In this document: one piece after another, positions 35,754 through 47,036 of the stretch
Numbering within the stretch: the first letter of the stretch is position 1
Layout: each line of letters starts with the position of its first letter
Assembly (NCBI GenBank): GCA_965200685.1
Contig: OZ241379.1
Coordinates: 2,082,594 to 2,146,593, forward strand
Length of the DNA: 64,000 nucleotides
Origin: Caldilineaceae bacterium
GTDB lineage: Bacteria; Chloroflexota; Anaerolineae; Caldilineales; Caldilineaceae
Direction of reading: 5' to 3'
Translations under genes and position numbers: made by a program
Notes under the pieces: model-generated
What the model saw: the letters and a program-made list of their open reading frames with translations, nothing else
Told to the model about the DNA's origin: nothing
Databases searched by the model: none

Positions 35754-38700
35754 CTATTTCGGCATGTCCCGCAGGGCATAGAAGACCGGCAGCGGGCTCC
35801 AGTCATTGCTGACAATCCCCCATTGGGCCTTCTCTGTGCCATCCGCCACTACCCGAAAGTTCAGATTCCACAGAAATGCTGGCCCTACCCAGCCCCAATT
35901 CCGCATCATCTGATAAGCCTCGACCGTCCAGCGAGATTGCTCATCATAGCTATTGTCATCCGCGTAGCCATAAGCGGGGTTGAACTTGCCACCGGCCGCC
36001 CAGCCGAACTCCGTCGGCCAGATGCGTTGACCGCCCGCACCGTAGCGTACCGCCAAGTTGCGATACCCCTCCATTGTGCTGCGGAAACTCCAAGAATGGT
36101 GTGGGTTGTCACAGGCACCATTGAAACTGTTGCCATTCGCCTGAATCGCAGCACAGGCTGTCTGCCAGGTGTGCGAGGGCGGCACATTGTAGCCGCTCGG
36201 ATGCGCGCCAAATCCATCCGCATAGTCCCGCAACCCCTGCTCTAGCATGGCCTCAAAATAGCGGAAGTCATCCATGGCTATGGAGCCATTGTCCCCAGCC
36301 GGTGTCAGCGCACCGCTGATCACCAACATAGATGGGCAAGCACTCTTGATCGCCGCATAGGACGGGCGCAACAGGGCCATATACTCGCTGGGATTGATGG
36401 GGCGGTTGCCCCATTCGTAGTGTAGATTCTGCTCGTTCCACACTTCGATAGCCTTCAGCGCAGAACCGCAGAACTCGCTCGCCAGTCTTCCTAAGAAGTT
36501 GGCAAACATCTGGGGATTGGCAGGGGGGCCGCCGACAGAGCCATCAAAGCCCGGCTCCCGCGCCCAGTCCGGGGCATTGACCACACTGAACAGCAGGTTG
36601 ATGCCCCGGGCATTGGCTCTGTTGACAATCGCATGAATGTCGCCGAAGCCGTATTGACCCTGCTGGGACTCAAAGATCTTCCATTCGATCTGTTGTTTGA
36701 CCCAGCCGAAGCCCAACTCTTGGGTTTTGTCCATCACCAGGTCGATCATATGATCGCCGGTATGGACCATATGGGCTTGGACACCATAGCCGAAACTGCC
36801 ACCAGTGCTGGGGGCGGGGGCTGGAGGTGGAGCCGCGGTCGGGGTCGGAGGTGGGGGAATGTCGGTAATCGTTGTCACGTTGTCCAGCGGACCGTTGGCC
36901 GTCACCAACTCACCGAATACCCAGCCCTTGCCGCCTTGAACATCCTCTGTAGCGATCTGCCACCAATCATTGCCTTCGTTCTTGCCCACAATGAGATACC
37001 TCTGGTTGGGGGTCATCTGGCCGAGGACCGTATAGTTGGTACTCGGTCCTTGGCGGATATTGAGCAGCAGCTCGCTGACCACAGAGGCACTCTCAGGTGT
37101 GGAGGTCGGCGTGGGCACGGGGGTGGAGGTAGGGGGGATTACTACTGGTGTCAGGGTTGCCAATGGCGTCAGGGTTGCCAACGGTAGGGTTATCAGATTC
37201 CTGGGGCTGACCGGCTGCTTGTTCTGCACGACTTGGACCGCAACCTGTACAGCTCCCTGGCCGTCGGGGGCGGTGAAGGTAAATTCGCGCGCCTCTTGGG
37301 GGCGCGATGTGTAGTCTGGATACCCGATGGCGCGCAGTTCGGAGTGCAAGACCGAGTCTGATGGGTGAAAGACAGTATAGGCCATCTCAAAAGTCGCCCT
37401 GTCAGCAACCGGCCCCTGCCCCTCTTGGAACTGCCGGACGATGTCCCACAAGGCCGGGTCTACATCCCCGGATTCCATACCCCCAATCATCACCTGTGTC
37501 ACCTTGTATGGAGCCAGCAGGCTGAGTTTGTGTGCAAAGCTGCTCTGGTTTTCAATGTAGACGGTGCGCTCAAACTGCTGGTCGTCTATGTAACTGTAGA
37601 CAGAGGTGCCGGTCATTTCGTCAAACCTTAGGTCACGGGAAATGCGCGCAGTGTCCACAGACAGCACCACCATCTCGCCGGGTATGAGAACCTCTCTGTC
37701 CGCCTGAATCTGGGCGACGAAGGGCTGGAGGGCCTCTTGATAGCCCTTAGGCAGCAGAGAGCTTCCCAACTGTTCTACGGACAGGCCCGGCAGTTCCATT
37801 TGCACTTTGCGGCGGTCGATCTGATCGGTAGCAAAGGCCAGCAGAGCTGCCATCGTCCCACCGGGCTGATAGGCGCGGGGGTCCATGGGGCTGGGAATGA
37901 TAATGCGGTCGGCAGCCTTGCCTAGGGCCTGCCAGTCGTATCCTTGGGTGTTCCACTGCACCGCTGAAATCTGTTGGGGTGGTTCTACCCGCACAGCCAG
38001 CCAGCGGTTTACTTCTGGGGCATGCAGACGTTCTGCCAGCCGTTCGATGAAGCGCACGAAATTTTGCTGTACCTGTGGTTCTGTGCCAACGCCTTGATAG
38101 TCGATAATGACACCAGGGTAGTGATTGGTCATCAGCAGATCAGGGATAGCAATTAGCTGATTCTCCTGCAAGCTCAAGTCTACCAGCATATTGTGCAACA
38201 GGTCGGTCCGAGGAACCTCACCGCTGCGCCAGTTGCGGAGGATGGGCACGAGGGTATAGCTGTCGCTTGCTCTGTTGTGCGCGGCAATTTCCAGCGCGCC
38301 ATCGCCCCGCAGATAGAAGCCGGCCACAGCTAGGGTGGTAATCGCATTCTCGGCGTTAGGGGGGAGCTGCTCGCGCATACCAATAGTGGCCTCAACCTGG
38401 GGAAGAGATGCGGCCGTCTGCATGACAACGAAATTCTGCGGCGGGAGCCCATGGATTGATGCAACGATGCGGTCGTCGGCTGGCCGCACGCTACTGGGCA
38501 TAAACACCCAACTGTTCCCGTCCCATGTGTACAGTTCTAGGGTTTCATAGGGTTCGCTGTCATTGGGAATGGGAATCTGCACAATGGACTGAGTTACACG
38601 CCCACCCTGCACATCCACCTCATAGACCGGGCTTTTGGGTTGCAGAGAAGCGGGCAGAGCGGCCTTCATGGCGGCCCATTCCTCTTGTGTGCTGTCGTTC

Positions 38701-39020
38701 AAGAACTCCGCGCGCGGAATGCTGCTGAGGAGAATCCGAAACGGTTCAAGCACGTTTTCCGGCGGGAAAACAAGCGCGGTCCCGTCCGGCTCCGAAATCG
38801 TAGCCCCATTGCTATCAACGGGCGTATAGGCTAGGTAGGGAATCCGGTCCAGCAGCCTGACCGGTGGCAGCAGCAGCGCGGCCACGAGCAGAAAGAGCAA
38901 AAGAACCGTTATCGTCGTTCCTTCCAAGATCGATGCTAGGTTCGCGCCCAAGGACGAGCGTGACTCAGAATCGTAAGAAGTCCGTCGCATACCATTTCCT
39001 CCGCGCAGATACGCTCTCAT
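35754..39020 (-). CDS. Membrane-anchored multidomain glycoside-hydrolase-like protein (GH18-like region, PT linker, SH3b-like domain, clan GH-A TIM-barrel)
   Basis: 1088 aa with an N-terminal TM helix. PGVIIDYQGV resembles a degenerate GH18 DxxDxDxE motif. The SH3b-like segment is LNIRQGPSTNYTVLGQMTPNQRYLIVGKNEGNDWWQI. The C-terminal domain has IEVWNEQN and WPTEFGW, the acid/base and nucleophile Glu contexts typical of clan GH-A. Confidence 0.65.
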   Translation of the reverse strand: MRAYLRGGNGMRRTSYDSESRSSLGANLASILEGTTITVLLLFLLVAALLLPPVRLLDRIPYLAYTPVDSNGATISEPDGTALVFPPENVLEPFRILLSSIPRAEFLNDSTQEEWAAMKAALPASLQPKSPVYEVDVQGGRVTQSIVQIPIPNDSEPYETLELYTWDGNSWVFMPSSVRPADDRIVASIHGLPPQNFVVMQTAASLPQVEATIGMREQLPPNAENAITTLAVAGFYLRGDGALEIAAHNRASDSYTLVPILRNWRSGEVPRTDLLHNMLVDLSLQENQLIAIPDLLMTNHYPGVIIDYQGVGTEPQVQQNFVRFIERLAERLHAPEVNRWLAVRVEPPQQISAVQWNTQGYDWQALGKAADRIIIPSPMDPRAYQPGGTMAALLAFATDQIDRRKVQMELPGLSVEQLGSSLLPKGYQEALQPFVAQIQADREVLIPGEMVVLSVDTARISRDLRFDEMTGTSVYSYIDDQQFERTVYIENQSSFAHKLSLLAPYKVTQVMIGGMESGDVDPALWDIVRQFQEGQGPVADRATFEMAYTVFHPSDSVLHSELRAIGYPDYTSRPQEAREFTFTAPDGQGAVQVAVQVVQNKQPVSPRNLITLPLATLTPLATLTPVVIPPTSTPVPTPTSTPESASVVSELLLNIRQGPSTNYTVLGQMTPNQRYLIVGKNEGNDWWQIATEDVQGGKGWVFGELVTANGPLDNVTTITDIPPPPTPTAAPPPAPAPSTGGSFGYGVQAHMVHTGDHMIDLVMDKTQELGFGWVKQQIEWKIFESQQGQYGFGDIHAIVNRANARGINLLFSVVNAPDWAREPGFDGSVGGPPANPQMFANFLGRLASEFCGSALKAIEVWNEQNLHYEWGNRPINPSEYMALLRPSYAAIKSACPSMLVISGALTPAGDNGSIAMDDFRYFEAMLEQGLRDYADGFGAHPSGYNVPPSHTWQTACAAIQANGNSFNGACDNPHHSWSFRSTMEGYRNLAVRYGAGGQRIWPTEFGWAAGGKFNPAYGYADDNSYDEQSRWTVEAYQMMRNWGWVGPAFLWNLNFRVVADGTEKAQWGIVSNDWSPLPVFYALRDMPK

Positions 39021-39306
39021 TCTGACTTTGCGGCTGGCCTTGTTGTGATGACATCGTCACCGCGAAGATGTGCGTGCTGAATCGAAAACAACTATCTTTC
39101 ATCTTATCACATATACCATGTTACACAAAAACGGACTGCAAAGGCAATTGACGTCACGCCCCTGCACGAACGAGGTATGTAGGATTTCTGACAATTCATC
39201 GTTAGTCCCCTAGGGATTGTTGAATCATTCCCAACTGGGTTATACTATGTTGTAGGAATTGTAGTGGCTAGGGCTGTTGATTTTCACTGAGCACTGGTGT
39301 TCGGGG

Positions 39307-40410
39307 ATGTATCAGAGAATTATTGTCAAGTTGGGTACAAGCGTACTCACCCGAGGGAGCAGATTTTTAAGTCAGCCACAGATGGTGGAACTGACTCGGC
39401 AATTTGCCACACTTCATCGGCAGGGCAAGGATGTGGTCGTCTGTACGTCCGGCGCGCAGGCCGCGGGGCGGGCGAAGTTGGATTTCCCCGACCTGCCTGC
39501 TACCTTGTCTAGTCGGCAGATGCTGGCCGCGGTCGGCCAAAGCCGTTTGATGCACCTATGGGAGCGGTTCTTTGAGATCTACGGCATACATGCAGGCCAG
39601 ATTTTGCTGACCAGAGCGGACACGGAAAATCGACAGCGTTTTTTGAACGCCCGAGACGCCTTGAACGCCCTGCTACAGAATCGCATCATCCCAGTGGTCA
39701 ATGAAAACGATGCGGTTGTTGTCGAAGAGATCAAAGTGGGGGATAATGACAATCTTTCCGCGTTGGTGTCTGTGTTGATCGGCGCGGATCTGCTGTTACT
39801 GCTGACGGACCAGCCGGGCCTGTTTACTGCTGACCCGCGCACAGACCCGAATGCGGAACTTATTCGTGAAGTCCATGCCATTGATGATTCTCTGCGAGCC
39901 CGAGCCGGCGGTAGTCAATCCGGGCTGGGGATCGGTGGTATGAGCACAAAATTGCAGGCCGCGGAAGTCGCCTGTCGGGCCGGGACGGCTGTTGTGGTCG
40001 CCGCCGGCAGCGAGCCGGATGTTGTGTTGCGGGCTGTGGCCGGCGAGCCAGTGGGTACTCATTTTCTCGCTATAGAGACGCCCTTAGAGAACCGCAAACG
40101 CTGGATCTTGGCCGGGCCCGCCCCGGCAGGACGGCTGCTGGTGGATGCAGGCGCAGCCTCGGCCTTACGGCATCATGGCCATAGCCTGCTGCCTGTGGGG
40201 GTCACCGAGGTGGAAGGGCATTTTGAACGGGGGGATACAGTCTTTGTACAGGAAAGGGATGGCCTGGACCTGGCGCGGGGCATCACCCGCTACAACAGCG
40301 ACGATCTCCGTCTCATTCACGGCTGCCAGTCAAATGAGATTCACGAACGTTTGGGCTATGGCTATGGGCCGGTGGTCATCCACCGCAATGATATGATCTT
40401 ATTGGGATAG
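39307..40410 (+). CDS. proB: Glutamate 5-kinase with a C-terminal PUA domain
   Basis: The start [15 protein letters not shown] matches the canonical ProB N-terminus (the track ORF begins at the TTG at 39277). VVNENDAV is present, followed by a PUA-like C-terminus. Confidence 0.92.
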   Translation: MYQRIIVKLGTSVLTRGSRFLSQPQMVELTRQFATLHRQGKDVVVCTSGAQAAGRAKLDFPDLPATLSSRQMLAAVGQSRLMHLWERFFEIYGIHAGQILLTRADTENRQRFLNARDALNALLQNRIIPVVNENDAVVVEEIKVGDNDNLSALVSVLIGADLLLLLTDQPGLFTADPRTDPNAELIREVHAIDDSLRARAGGSQSGLGIGGMSTKLQAAEVACRAGTAVVVAAGSEPDVVLRAVAGEPVGTHFLAIETPLENRKRWILAGPAPAGRLLVDAGAASALRHHGHSLLPVGVTEVEGHFERGDTVFVQERDGLDLARGITRYNSDDLRLIHGCQSNEIHERLGYGYGPVVIHRNDMILLG

Positions 40411-40469
40411 GGATCCCCTTCGGTTTGTAGGGATATCCTGCTCATGTTACATTGATGTGGAGGAGTTGT

Positions 40470-41798
40470 ATGACAGTTGCTGTGAGAGAAGAGGTAAATG
40501 GGCGCGCCACGTTGGGACGCGACGGGCGGGCAGCACAGATGGTTGATCTGAATACAATGGGCCAGCGCGCGCGGCTGGCAAGCCGCACATTGGCAGTGCT
40601 GACGCCTACCCAGAAGAACGAGGCTCTACATGCCATCGCCGCTGCGCTGGAGGCCAAGAGCGCAGCGGTGATCGCGCAAAATGAACTGGACATCGCCGAT
40701 GGCCGCGCCAATGGACTCAGCGACGCCTTGCTAGATAGGCTGCTGCTGACGCGGCAACGGATTCGAGGGCTGACGGACGACACCCGGCGGGTGGCTGCCT
40801 TGCCGGACCCAGTAGGCACGGACCTGGAAAGCCGCCTGCTGCCCAATGGAGTGCGTCTCAGCCGGCGACGCATCCCCATCGGTGTCCTCGGTGTTATCTA
40901 TGAAGCCCGGCCCAACGTGACCATCGATATCGCCGTCTTAAGCCTGAAGACCGGCAATGCCGCGATTCTGCGGGGCGGTAAAGAGACTCTGCGTAGCAAT
41001 CTAGCCCTGGTGGAGGTCATTCGTGATGCCTTGATCGAGCAGGGCCTGCCCAGCGAATCGATCCAATATATCGGCAACCCCGACCGGGCCCTGGTCTCCC
41101 AGTTCTTGCGTATGGATGAGTACGTGGATATGCTGATCCCGCGAGGGGGCAACAGCCTGCACCGCCTGTGCCGGGAACAGAGCACGATTCCCGTGATCAC
41201 CGGTGGCATAGGCATCTGCCACTATTATGTGGACATCAGCGCAGATCAGGAGAGGGGGATAGATGTCATTGTAAATGCCAAAACCCAGCGTCCTTCGGTT
41301 TGCAATACGCTGGACACACTGCTGGTCAACCGCCAGATCGCGGCCGAATTTCTGCCGAAATTGGCCCATCGCATGGCTGTATGCGGGGTGGAGATGCGGG
41401 CTGCCCCCGACGCGCTACCACTCCTGCAGGGCCAAGGGGCAACCGTTGCGCCGGCAGGCCCTCATGATTGGGACACGGAGTGGATGGCATTGATTTTGGG
41501 CGTCAAATTGGTGGATTCGCTGGAGGAAGCCATCGTCCACATTCAGGAACACAGCCAGGACCATTCCGACGGTATCCTAACCAACGATTGGAACAACGCA
41601 CAGAAATTTGTCGATGCCATCAACTCTTCTGCGGTCTTTGTCAACGCCAGTACCCGCTTCAACGATGGCGGCCAGTTCGGCTTGGGCGCAGAAGTCGCGA
41701 TCAGTACCCAGAAACTCCATGCACGAGGCCCAATGGGCTTGGAGGAATTGACCACCTATAAGTGGGTAGTGCTAGGGGATATGCACGTGCGGGAGTAA
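40470..41798 (+). CDS. proA: Gamma-glutamyl phosphate reductase
   Basis: [40 protein letters not shown] is canonical ProA. The chosen start is the ATG at 40470, with GGAGGAG 4 nt upstream. The ATG at 40539 is an alternative that aligns better with the E. coli ProA N-terminus. Confidence 0.9.
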   Translation: MTVAVREEVNGRATLGRDGRAAQMVDLNTMGQRARLASRTLAVLTPTQKNEALHAIAAALEAKSAAVIAQNELDIADGRANGLSDALLDRLLLTRQRIRGLTDDTRRVAALPDPVGTDLESRLLPNGVRLSRRRIPIGVLGVIYEARPNVTIDIAVLSLKTGNAAILRGGKETLRSNLALVEVIRDALIEQGLPSESIQYIGNPDRALVSQFLRMDEYVDMLIPRGGNSLHRLCREQSTIPVITGGIGICHYYVDISADQERGIDVIVNAKTQRPSVCNTLDTLLVNRQIAAEFLPKLAHRMAVCGVEMRAAPDALPLLQGQGATVAPAGPHDWDTEWMALILGVKLVDSLEEAIVHIQEHSQDHSDGILTNDWNNAQKFVDAINSSAVFVNASTRFNDGGQFGLGAEVAISTQKLHARGPMGLEELTTYKWVVLGDMHVRE

Positions 41799-41919
41799 CG
41801 TTCGGAGATGCTCTTAGATGAGTAATTCTATGGCCAGTGAACCAAGTGAGAGGGTTCTCTACAGGTCATAGCGTACGCATTCAGGTCGAAATCATTATCT
41901 ATCACAGGAGGAGATTGTT

Positions 41920-43341
41920 ATGAAGATGCACATTGGTGGGCAATGGGTAGACAAGACCGAGAAGATCGAAGTGCTGCATCCGTTCGATGGTTCAGTCATT
42001 GATACCATTCCCCAAGGGGATGCAGCAGATGTGGAATTGGCACTGGCAACCGCGCAGCGAGGCGCGAAGGTTATGGCGAAGATGACCGGCTACGAGCGCT
42101 ATGAGATTCTGCGTAAAGTCGCGGACCTGATGGTGGAGAGGTCTGAAGATCTGGCCCGAACCATCACCTTGGAGGAGGGCAAAATTATCGCTGAGGGCCG
42201 GGTAGAGGCATCTCGTGCCGCAGAGATCATCGCGCTTTCTGCCGAAGAGGCCAAGCGCTTGGGTGGGGAGGTTGTGCCCTTGGATGGCGCGCCGGGCGTC
42301 AGCGGCAAATTTGGCTTTACCGTGCGAGTGCCCTGTGGCGTCATTGTCGGCATCAGCCCCTTCAACTTTCCACTACATCTAGTCTGCCACAAAGTCGGCC
42401 CGGCCCTGGCAGCAGGCAATGCCATCATTTTGAAGCCGGCCACAGACACGCCGCTTTCTGCGCTGAAGCTGGTGGAAATCTTCCTAGAAGCCGGGACCCC
42501 GCCAGAGGCAATCCAATGTCTCACCGGCTCCGGTGGGGTCATCGGCGATGCTCTCTGCGCGGACGCGCGCGTGCGTAAGATTACCTTCACCGGCAGCCGA
42601 GATATCGGTGAGCACATCTGCCGTACCGCCGGCCTGAAGCGGGTGACCATGGAACTTGGCTCAAACGCGCCTTTGATCGTCATGCCGGACGCGGATCCCG
42701 AACGGGTCGCGCAGGCCGCGGCCGCTTCTGGGTATTCAAATGCTGGCCAGGTCTGTATCTCTACCCAACGGGTTGTCACCCACGAAAAGATCTACGCTGA
42801 TTTTCTCGACGCCTTTCAGGCAACGGTCAAAAATATTACGACCGGCGACCCTCTGGCCACTTCAACGAAAATGGGGCCAATGATCCGAGAATCCGATGCT
42901 GTGCGGGTGGACCAATGGGTCAATGATGCCGTGCGCGATGGCGCGGACCTGATCCTCGGCGGCCAGCGCAATGGGCAGATGTACGAGCCGACCATTGTTT
43001 CCAATGTCAGACCAGAGATGCGTATCTCGTGCGATGAGGTATTTGGGCCGGTGGTGGGCGTGACTCGGGTCAGCGATATCCATGAAGCCATCGCCATTGC
43101 CAATGACACGAATTACGGCTTGAGCGCGGCCATCTTCACCCAAAACATTGATTGGGCGATGAAGTTCGTGCAGGAGGTCGAGTCCGGCAATCTGCATGTA
43201 AATTGGGGGACCCAGTGGCGGGCTGATCTGATGCCCTATGGCGGTGTCAAAGAGAGCGGCATGGGCAAGGAAGGGCCCAAATATGCCATTGAAGAGATGA
43301 CTGAGATGAAAATGGCGGTTTTCCATCTCGGCGATTCATAA
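41920..43341 (+). CDS. NAD(P)-dependent aldehyde dehydrogenase family protein
   Basis: 473 aa. The ALDH motifs are ELGSNAP (ELGG-like) and the catalytic Cys context NAGQVCIS. AGGAGG lies upstream. Confidence 0.88.
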   Translation: MKMHIGGQWVDKTEKIEVLHPFDGSVIDTIPQGDAADVELALATAQRGAKVMAKMTGYERYEILRKVADLMVERSEDLARTITLEEGKIIAEGRVEASRAAEIIALSAEEAKRLGGEVVPLDGAPGVSGKFGFTVRVPCGVIVGISPFNFPLHLVCHKVGPALAAGNAIILKPATDTPLSALKLVEIFLEAGTPPEAIQCLTGSGGVIGDALCADARVRKITFTGSRDIGEHICRTAGLKRVTMELGSNAPLIVMPDADPERVAQAAAASGYSNAGQVCISTQRVVTHEKIYADFLDAFQATVKNITTGDPLATSTKMGPMIRESDAVRVDQWVNDAVRDGADLILGGQRNGQMYEPTIVSNVRPEMRISCDEVFGPVVGVTRVSDIHEAIAIANDTNYGLSAAIFTQNIDWAMKFVQEVESGNLHVNWGTQWRADLMPYGGVKESGMGKEGPKYAIEEMTEMKMAVFHLGDS

Positions 43342-43354
43342 CACCCGTGGCTTG

Positions 43355-43403
43355 TGATCAGTGGCCTGTGCAGTGGCAAGGACTGCCCATCAGCCACTGA
43401 TCA
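43355..43403. terminator. Inverted repeat between convergent genes (possible bidirectional terminator)
   Basis: TGATCAGTGGC (43355..43365) pairs with GCCACTGATCA (43393..43403), an 11-bp stem with a 27-nt loop. There is no clear U-tract, and it overlaps the stop of the minus-strand gene. Confidence 0.3.
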
Positions 43404-44312
43404 TTGGCTATGACAGTGAAAGATCCCCAGACGGAATTCGTGGTTCATCTCTGGCTCTTGGAGGGCCAGCCCTCCTGTGGCGATCCACTCTGTACATGGG
43501 CCAAAGGAACAGATGGTCAGCGGACGTTCGCTTGCCTCCTGGCGCAAGCGGGCTATGACTGTTTGCAGCATCTCTCCACGGAAAGGACTAAAGAGAAAGT
43601 AAACTGTCCCCGCGCCTAAGTCTACGCTCCTGGCGTCTCCTTGTTCAAACACCACGCCATCAAGTCCGAGGGTGGCTGCTTGGTGGCGCGCCTGCTTCAC
43701 AAAGGCCGGCATAACCTCCAGCCCAACAGCCTCAACCCCTGTCAACAGATGCACCAACAGCACCACTTGGCCCAAACCGGAGCCGATGTCCACAAATGTG
43801 TCCTCTGCTGTCAAAGGGACCCGGTCCACCAATTCGAGGAGAACGCTCACGGGTGTTGTTTCGTAGTGGATCATCTCTGCATGGCTGGCATTCCATGGAT
43901 GTGGCAGGCAGTCGCTGTGGAACAGGCCTGCGGCCAACTCATCGGCGGCTTCTGCTCCCCAATGTAGGCAAGCTGGGCCCTGGCCGGCCTGGTAGCGACT
44001 GTTGCGTTGCAGAAGAGTGCGTACTTGGAGGGCTGTGATTGTCCCTGCTCGGACCCCAGCGCGTAGTTTTTGATAGAAAAGACTGTTACGTCTCTCCAAA
44101 TCTGCTCGTCGTGCGATGGCTCGGTGTAAGGGCATAGTGAGCGGCTGCCCTTGTCTATTGGTGGGCTGCGGGGTGTAGGTGCGGAGTGCTTTCTCCAGAA
44201 AGTCAAGGGTATGCAGGGCCTGGAAGCGTGCCTGAAAATTGGCGTCATTGTCAAGGCTCTTATCTTGCTCTAGCACGCGTAAATCCCGTTCCAATTGGGC
44301 TAGGTCGGGCAT
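43401..44312 (-). CDS. Class I SAM-dependent methyltransferase family protein
   Basis: 303 aa with motif I FVDIGSGLGQVVLL followed by an acidic residue at the end of beta-2 (GLEV). The N-terminal region of about 130 aa is helical. Substrate is unknown. Confidence 0.6.
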   Translation of the reverse strand: MPDLAQLERDLRVLEQDKSLDNDANFQARFQALHTLDFLEKALRTYTPQPTNRQGQPLTMPLHRAIARRADLERRNSLFYQKLRAGVRAGTITALQVRTLLQRNSRYQAGQGPACLHWGAEAADELAAGLFHSDCLPHPWNASHAEMIHYETTPVSVLLELVDRVPLTAEDTFVDIGSGLGQVVLLVHLLTGVEAVGLEVMPAFVKQARHQAATLGLDGVVFEQGDARSVDLGAGTVYFLFSPFRGEMLQTVIARLRQEASERPLTICSFGPCTEWIATGGLALQEPEMNHEFRLGIFHCHSQ

Positions 44313-44337
44313 TGTGGCCTCTGATGCGGTCAGGGAT

Positions 44338-45753
44338 TTATGCTGATGATTCTTGAAGTCTGATCAAATCTGCTTGGCTTGAGAAGGTTTCTGCCAGCAG
44401 TGGTTCGCCGACCAGATCGTACTCTAGCGCGCCGTTGATGTGAACTTCCAGCATTGTGCCGGCCGGCGCGCCGCTGATGCTGGGGACAAGCACCAGCCCA
44501 TCCACTTCCGGCGCGTCTCGATAGCTACGGCCCAACAGCAGGGGTTCACCGGTCTCCGCGATCTCGCCTTCACCTTCTACTAAGATGTCGAGCACTCTGC
44601 CGATTTGCTTCTGGTTTTGGCGCAGACTGATCGGCTGTTGGGCTTGCATGAGACGCCCATAGCGCTCTTCTTTCTCCTCTTCAGGGACAGGGTCGGGCAA
44701 TGCTGCAGCAGGTGTAGATGGCTCCGGGCTGAAGGGAAATGCACCGATCTTGTCGAATTTGATGACCCGAATGAAATCCAACAGATGTTGGAACTCCTCT
44801 TCTGTCTCGCCGGGGTAGCCGACGATAAATGTTGTCCGCAGGGCGATATCCGGCATGGCGGCCCGCAGTTTTCCTAGATGGTCGTAGACCATTTCCAGCC
44901 GGGAAGGGCGGCGCATGCGGCGCAGCGTGTGGGGATCTGCATGCTGCAGGGGCATGTCCAGATACGGCACGATCTTTTCCTGCATGGCCATCACTTCGAT
45001 CAGGCGGTCGCTTACATGCCCAGGATAGGCGTACATCAGGCGCAGCCATTGCAGGGAATCGCTGCTGCGATTGCAGAGCGTCTGCAACAGACGAGGCAGG
45101 CTGTCCGCTTCGCCCCAATCCCGCCCGAAATCAGTCGTGTCTTGGGCGACGATCACCAGCTCCTTGGCCCCCGCCGCGACCAGCGCATTGGCTTCATCAA
45201 TGATGGCCTCGATAGGACGGCTCCGCAGCTTGCCTTTGAAAGTGGGGATCGTGCAGAAAGCACAGGGCGCGTTGCAGCCATCGGAAATTTTGAGATAGGC
45301 ACTGCCCCCGACTACGGGTGGGCGCGGCACCGGGCTTAGATAGCTTTCATCCGGGTCGCCCAGCAGGCTGTAGCGTTGCAAGCGCGCAGGCTGTGGGCCG
45401 CCCCGGATGCGCTTGAGCAGTTCCACCACATCCATCCAGCGCCGGGTCCCCAGCAGGCCGTCTACCTGTGGCACCCGGCGCAACACCTCCTCGCCGTTGC
45501 GTTGCGCTAGACAACCGGCCGCTATCAACAGCTGGCTATGGCATTTGGTATCGGCTAACTCCTGTAATACACCAATCGACTCCTCTTTGGCGGCTTCCAG
45601 AAAGCCACAGGTGTTGACGATCAGCACATCTGCACTGTGCATATCCGCGGCCGCATGGATGTCCGCACCCTGTAACAGCATCTCCATGCCGTCACTGTCC
45701 ACTTTATTTTTCGGGCAGCCCAGGGTAATCAGGTGATAGGTCTGGTTCGTCAT
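44338..45753 (-). CDS. rimO: Ribosomal protein S12 methylthiotransferase
   Basis: The N-terminus is [16 protein letters not shown]. The radical-SAM motif is [14 protein letters not shown]. There is a C-terminal TRAM-like domain. Confidence 0.85.
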   Translation of the reverse strand: MTNQTYHLITLGCPKNKVDSDGMEMLLQGADIHAAADMHSADVLIVNTCGFLEAAKEESIGVLQELADTKCHSQLLIAAGCLAQRNGEEVLRRVPQVDGLLGTRRWMDVVELLKRIRGGPQPARLQRYSLLGDPDESYLSPVPRPPVVGGSAYLKISDGCNAPCAFCTIPTFKGKLRSRPIEAIIDEANALVAAGAKELVIVAQDTTDFGRDWGEADSLPRLLQTLCNRSSDSLQWLRLMYAYPGHVSDRLIEVMAMQEKIVPYLDMPLQHADPHTLRRMRRPSRLEMVYDHLGKLRAAMPDIALRTTFIVGYPGETEEEFQHLLDFIRVIKFDKIGAFPFSPEPSTPAAALPDPVPEEEKEERYGRLMQAQQPISLRQNQKQIGRVLDILVEGEGEIAETGEPLLLGRSYRDAPEVDGLVLVPSISGAPAGTMLEVHINGALEYDLVGEPLLAETFSSQADLIRLQESSA

Positions 45754-46391
45754 GTGGTTCGTGGTTCAATCTCCAGAATTTGATAGGGGTAGATGTTGAT
45801 CACTTGTGTCTGGTGGTAGTAGGTTTTGGTAATCGTATCGGAGCGATAGAGATGGATATGCCCATGCAACAGATAGTTCGGCTTGAACCATTCCATAAAA
45901 TGGAGAAAGGAACGAAACCCTGTATGCGCGCGGTCGGGCTGGTCATGGATGCCAAAGGGTGGTGAGTGGGAAACCAACACATCCAACCAGCGGCCATGAC
46001 GTAGGCGATTGAACAACAATCCTGGAAGCATTTTGGCGATATTCCCCCACATCTCTGCGTTGGTATACTGGAAGCGGGGTGCCGAATTGTAACGCATAGA
46101 GCCTTCCAGGCCCGCCAGCAGTAGGCCGCCTGTATCATGGGTGGCGCAATGTAAGTTGGTCGCACCGGCCGGGCCGCTCATCACCTGGTTGTTGGACCAA
46201 TACTCCTCTTCCTTGCCATGGTTGCCATAGACGAAATAGCTAGGACGGTTCAGCATACTGACGACGAAATCAATGTAATAGTAGGGCAGGTCCCCGCAGC
46301 TAATGATCAGATCAACATCGCCCACGTGCTCGCGGATGCCGCCACTGTACAGGACAGGAACTACTTTATCGCTGATGGCAAGGACGCGCAT
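45750..46391 (-). CDS. Metallophosphoesterase family protein
   Basis: 213 aa. [18 protein letters not shown] and GHIH are metal-ligand motifs in the calcineurin-like order. Confidence 0.8.
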   Translation of the reverse strand: MRVLAISDKVVPVLYSGGIREHVGDVDLIISCGDLPYYYIDFVVSMLNRPSYFVYGNHGKEEEYWSNNQVMSGPAGATNLHCATHDTGGLLLAGLEGSMRYNSAPRFQYTNAEMWGNIAKMLPGLLFNRLRHGRWLDVLVSHSPPFGIHDQPDRAHTGFRSFLHFMEWFKPNYLLHGHIHLYRSDTITKTYYHQTQVINIYPYQILEIEPRTT

Positions 46392-46412
46392 AGTTGTATC
46401 TAGCTGCTGCCC

Positions 46413-47036
46413 CTACGAATCAGGTGCCATTGGGGTTGGCCGAATTTGATCCAGCAGAGCATCAAACTCCATCTGATTGGTAAGGGGCCCGACAACGACC
46501 TCAACGATTTGGCCTGCGGGATTGATGAAGAACGTCTCTGGAACGCCTTGGATTTGATAGCGGCGGGCTGCTTGGCTGTGTAGGTCCGGGCCATTGGGGT
46601 AGGTGATATTGAACTCTGCTAGGTAAGCGAGGGCGGCCGGCTCCTGGTCTAGATAGTCCAGTCCGAGGAAGATGATCCCGTTCTCCTTTTCTCTGCGCCA
46701 GGTCTGCTCCAACAATGCTGCCTCGTCACGACAGGGGGCACACCAACTGGCCCAAAAGTTGATCACAACGCCTTTCCCCCGCAGATGTTGTAGGTCAATG
46801 GTTTCGCCTGCGAAAGTCGTGAATTTCAGCTGCGGTGCTTCCCCCGCGGCCCGCTGCTGCTGCACATTTGTCTGCCACAAGCGTACAGCCAGCAGCGAGA
46901 GAAAGCCCAAACCGATGACAACAAACAGAATCTGCCAAAGTGTAGTGGCGAATGGCGAGTATTTCGGGGCGAGTACCTGCTCTCTACGTTCCATGTGCCA
47001 CTCGCGAGTATCAGTCATAGTGGGCCAGTTCCTCAT
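46413..47036 (-). CDS. TlpA/CcmG(DsbE)-like membrane-anchored thiol:disulfide oxidoreductase
   Basis: It has an N-terminal TM helix and a thioredoxin motif [12 protein letters not shown], and it sits directly downstream of ccmH. The true start may be the ATG at 46994, which avoids a 26-nt overlap. Confidence 0.8.
   Translation of the reverse strand: MRNWPTMTDTREWHMERREQVLAPKYSPFATTLWQILFVVIGLGFLSLLAVRLWQTNVQQQRAAGEAPQLKFTTFAGETIDLQHLRGKGVVINFWASWCAPCRDEAALLEQTWRREKENGIIFLGLDYLDQEPAALAYLAEFNITYPNGPDLHSQAARRYQIQGVPETFFINPAGQIVEVVVGPLTNQMEFDALLDQIRPTPMAPDS

Noticed and set aside
39220-39246. A possible sigma70-type promoter, TTGAAT-15 nt-TATACT, upstream of proB.
   Set aside because: The spacer is only 15 nt and there is no independent support. 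It is too weak to report as a feature.
42099-42779. A 226-aa minus-strand ORF inside the aldehyde dehydrogenase gene, and a 237-aa minus-strand ORF (63281..63994) opposite 62988..63806.
   Set aside because: The first is antisense to a clear ALDH. The second has a Ser/Pro/Arg-rich low-complexity translation. It also spans the 62988..63806 gene, the intergenic gap and the start of the sulfatase-like gene, so the plus-strand genes are preferred.
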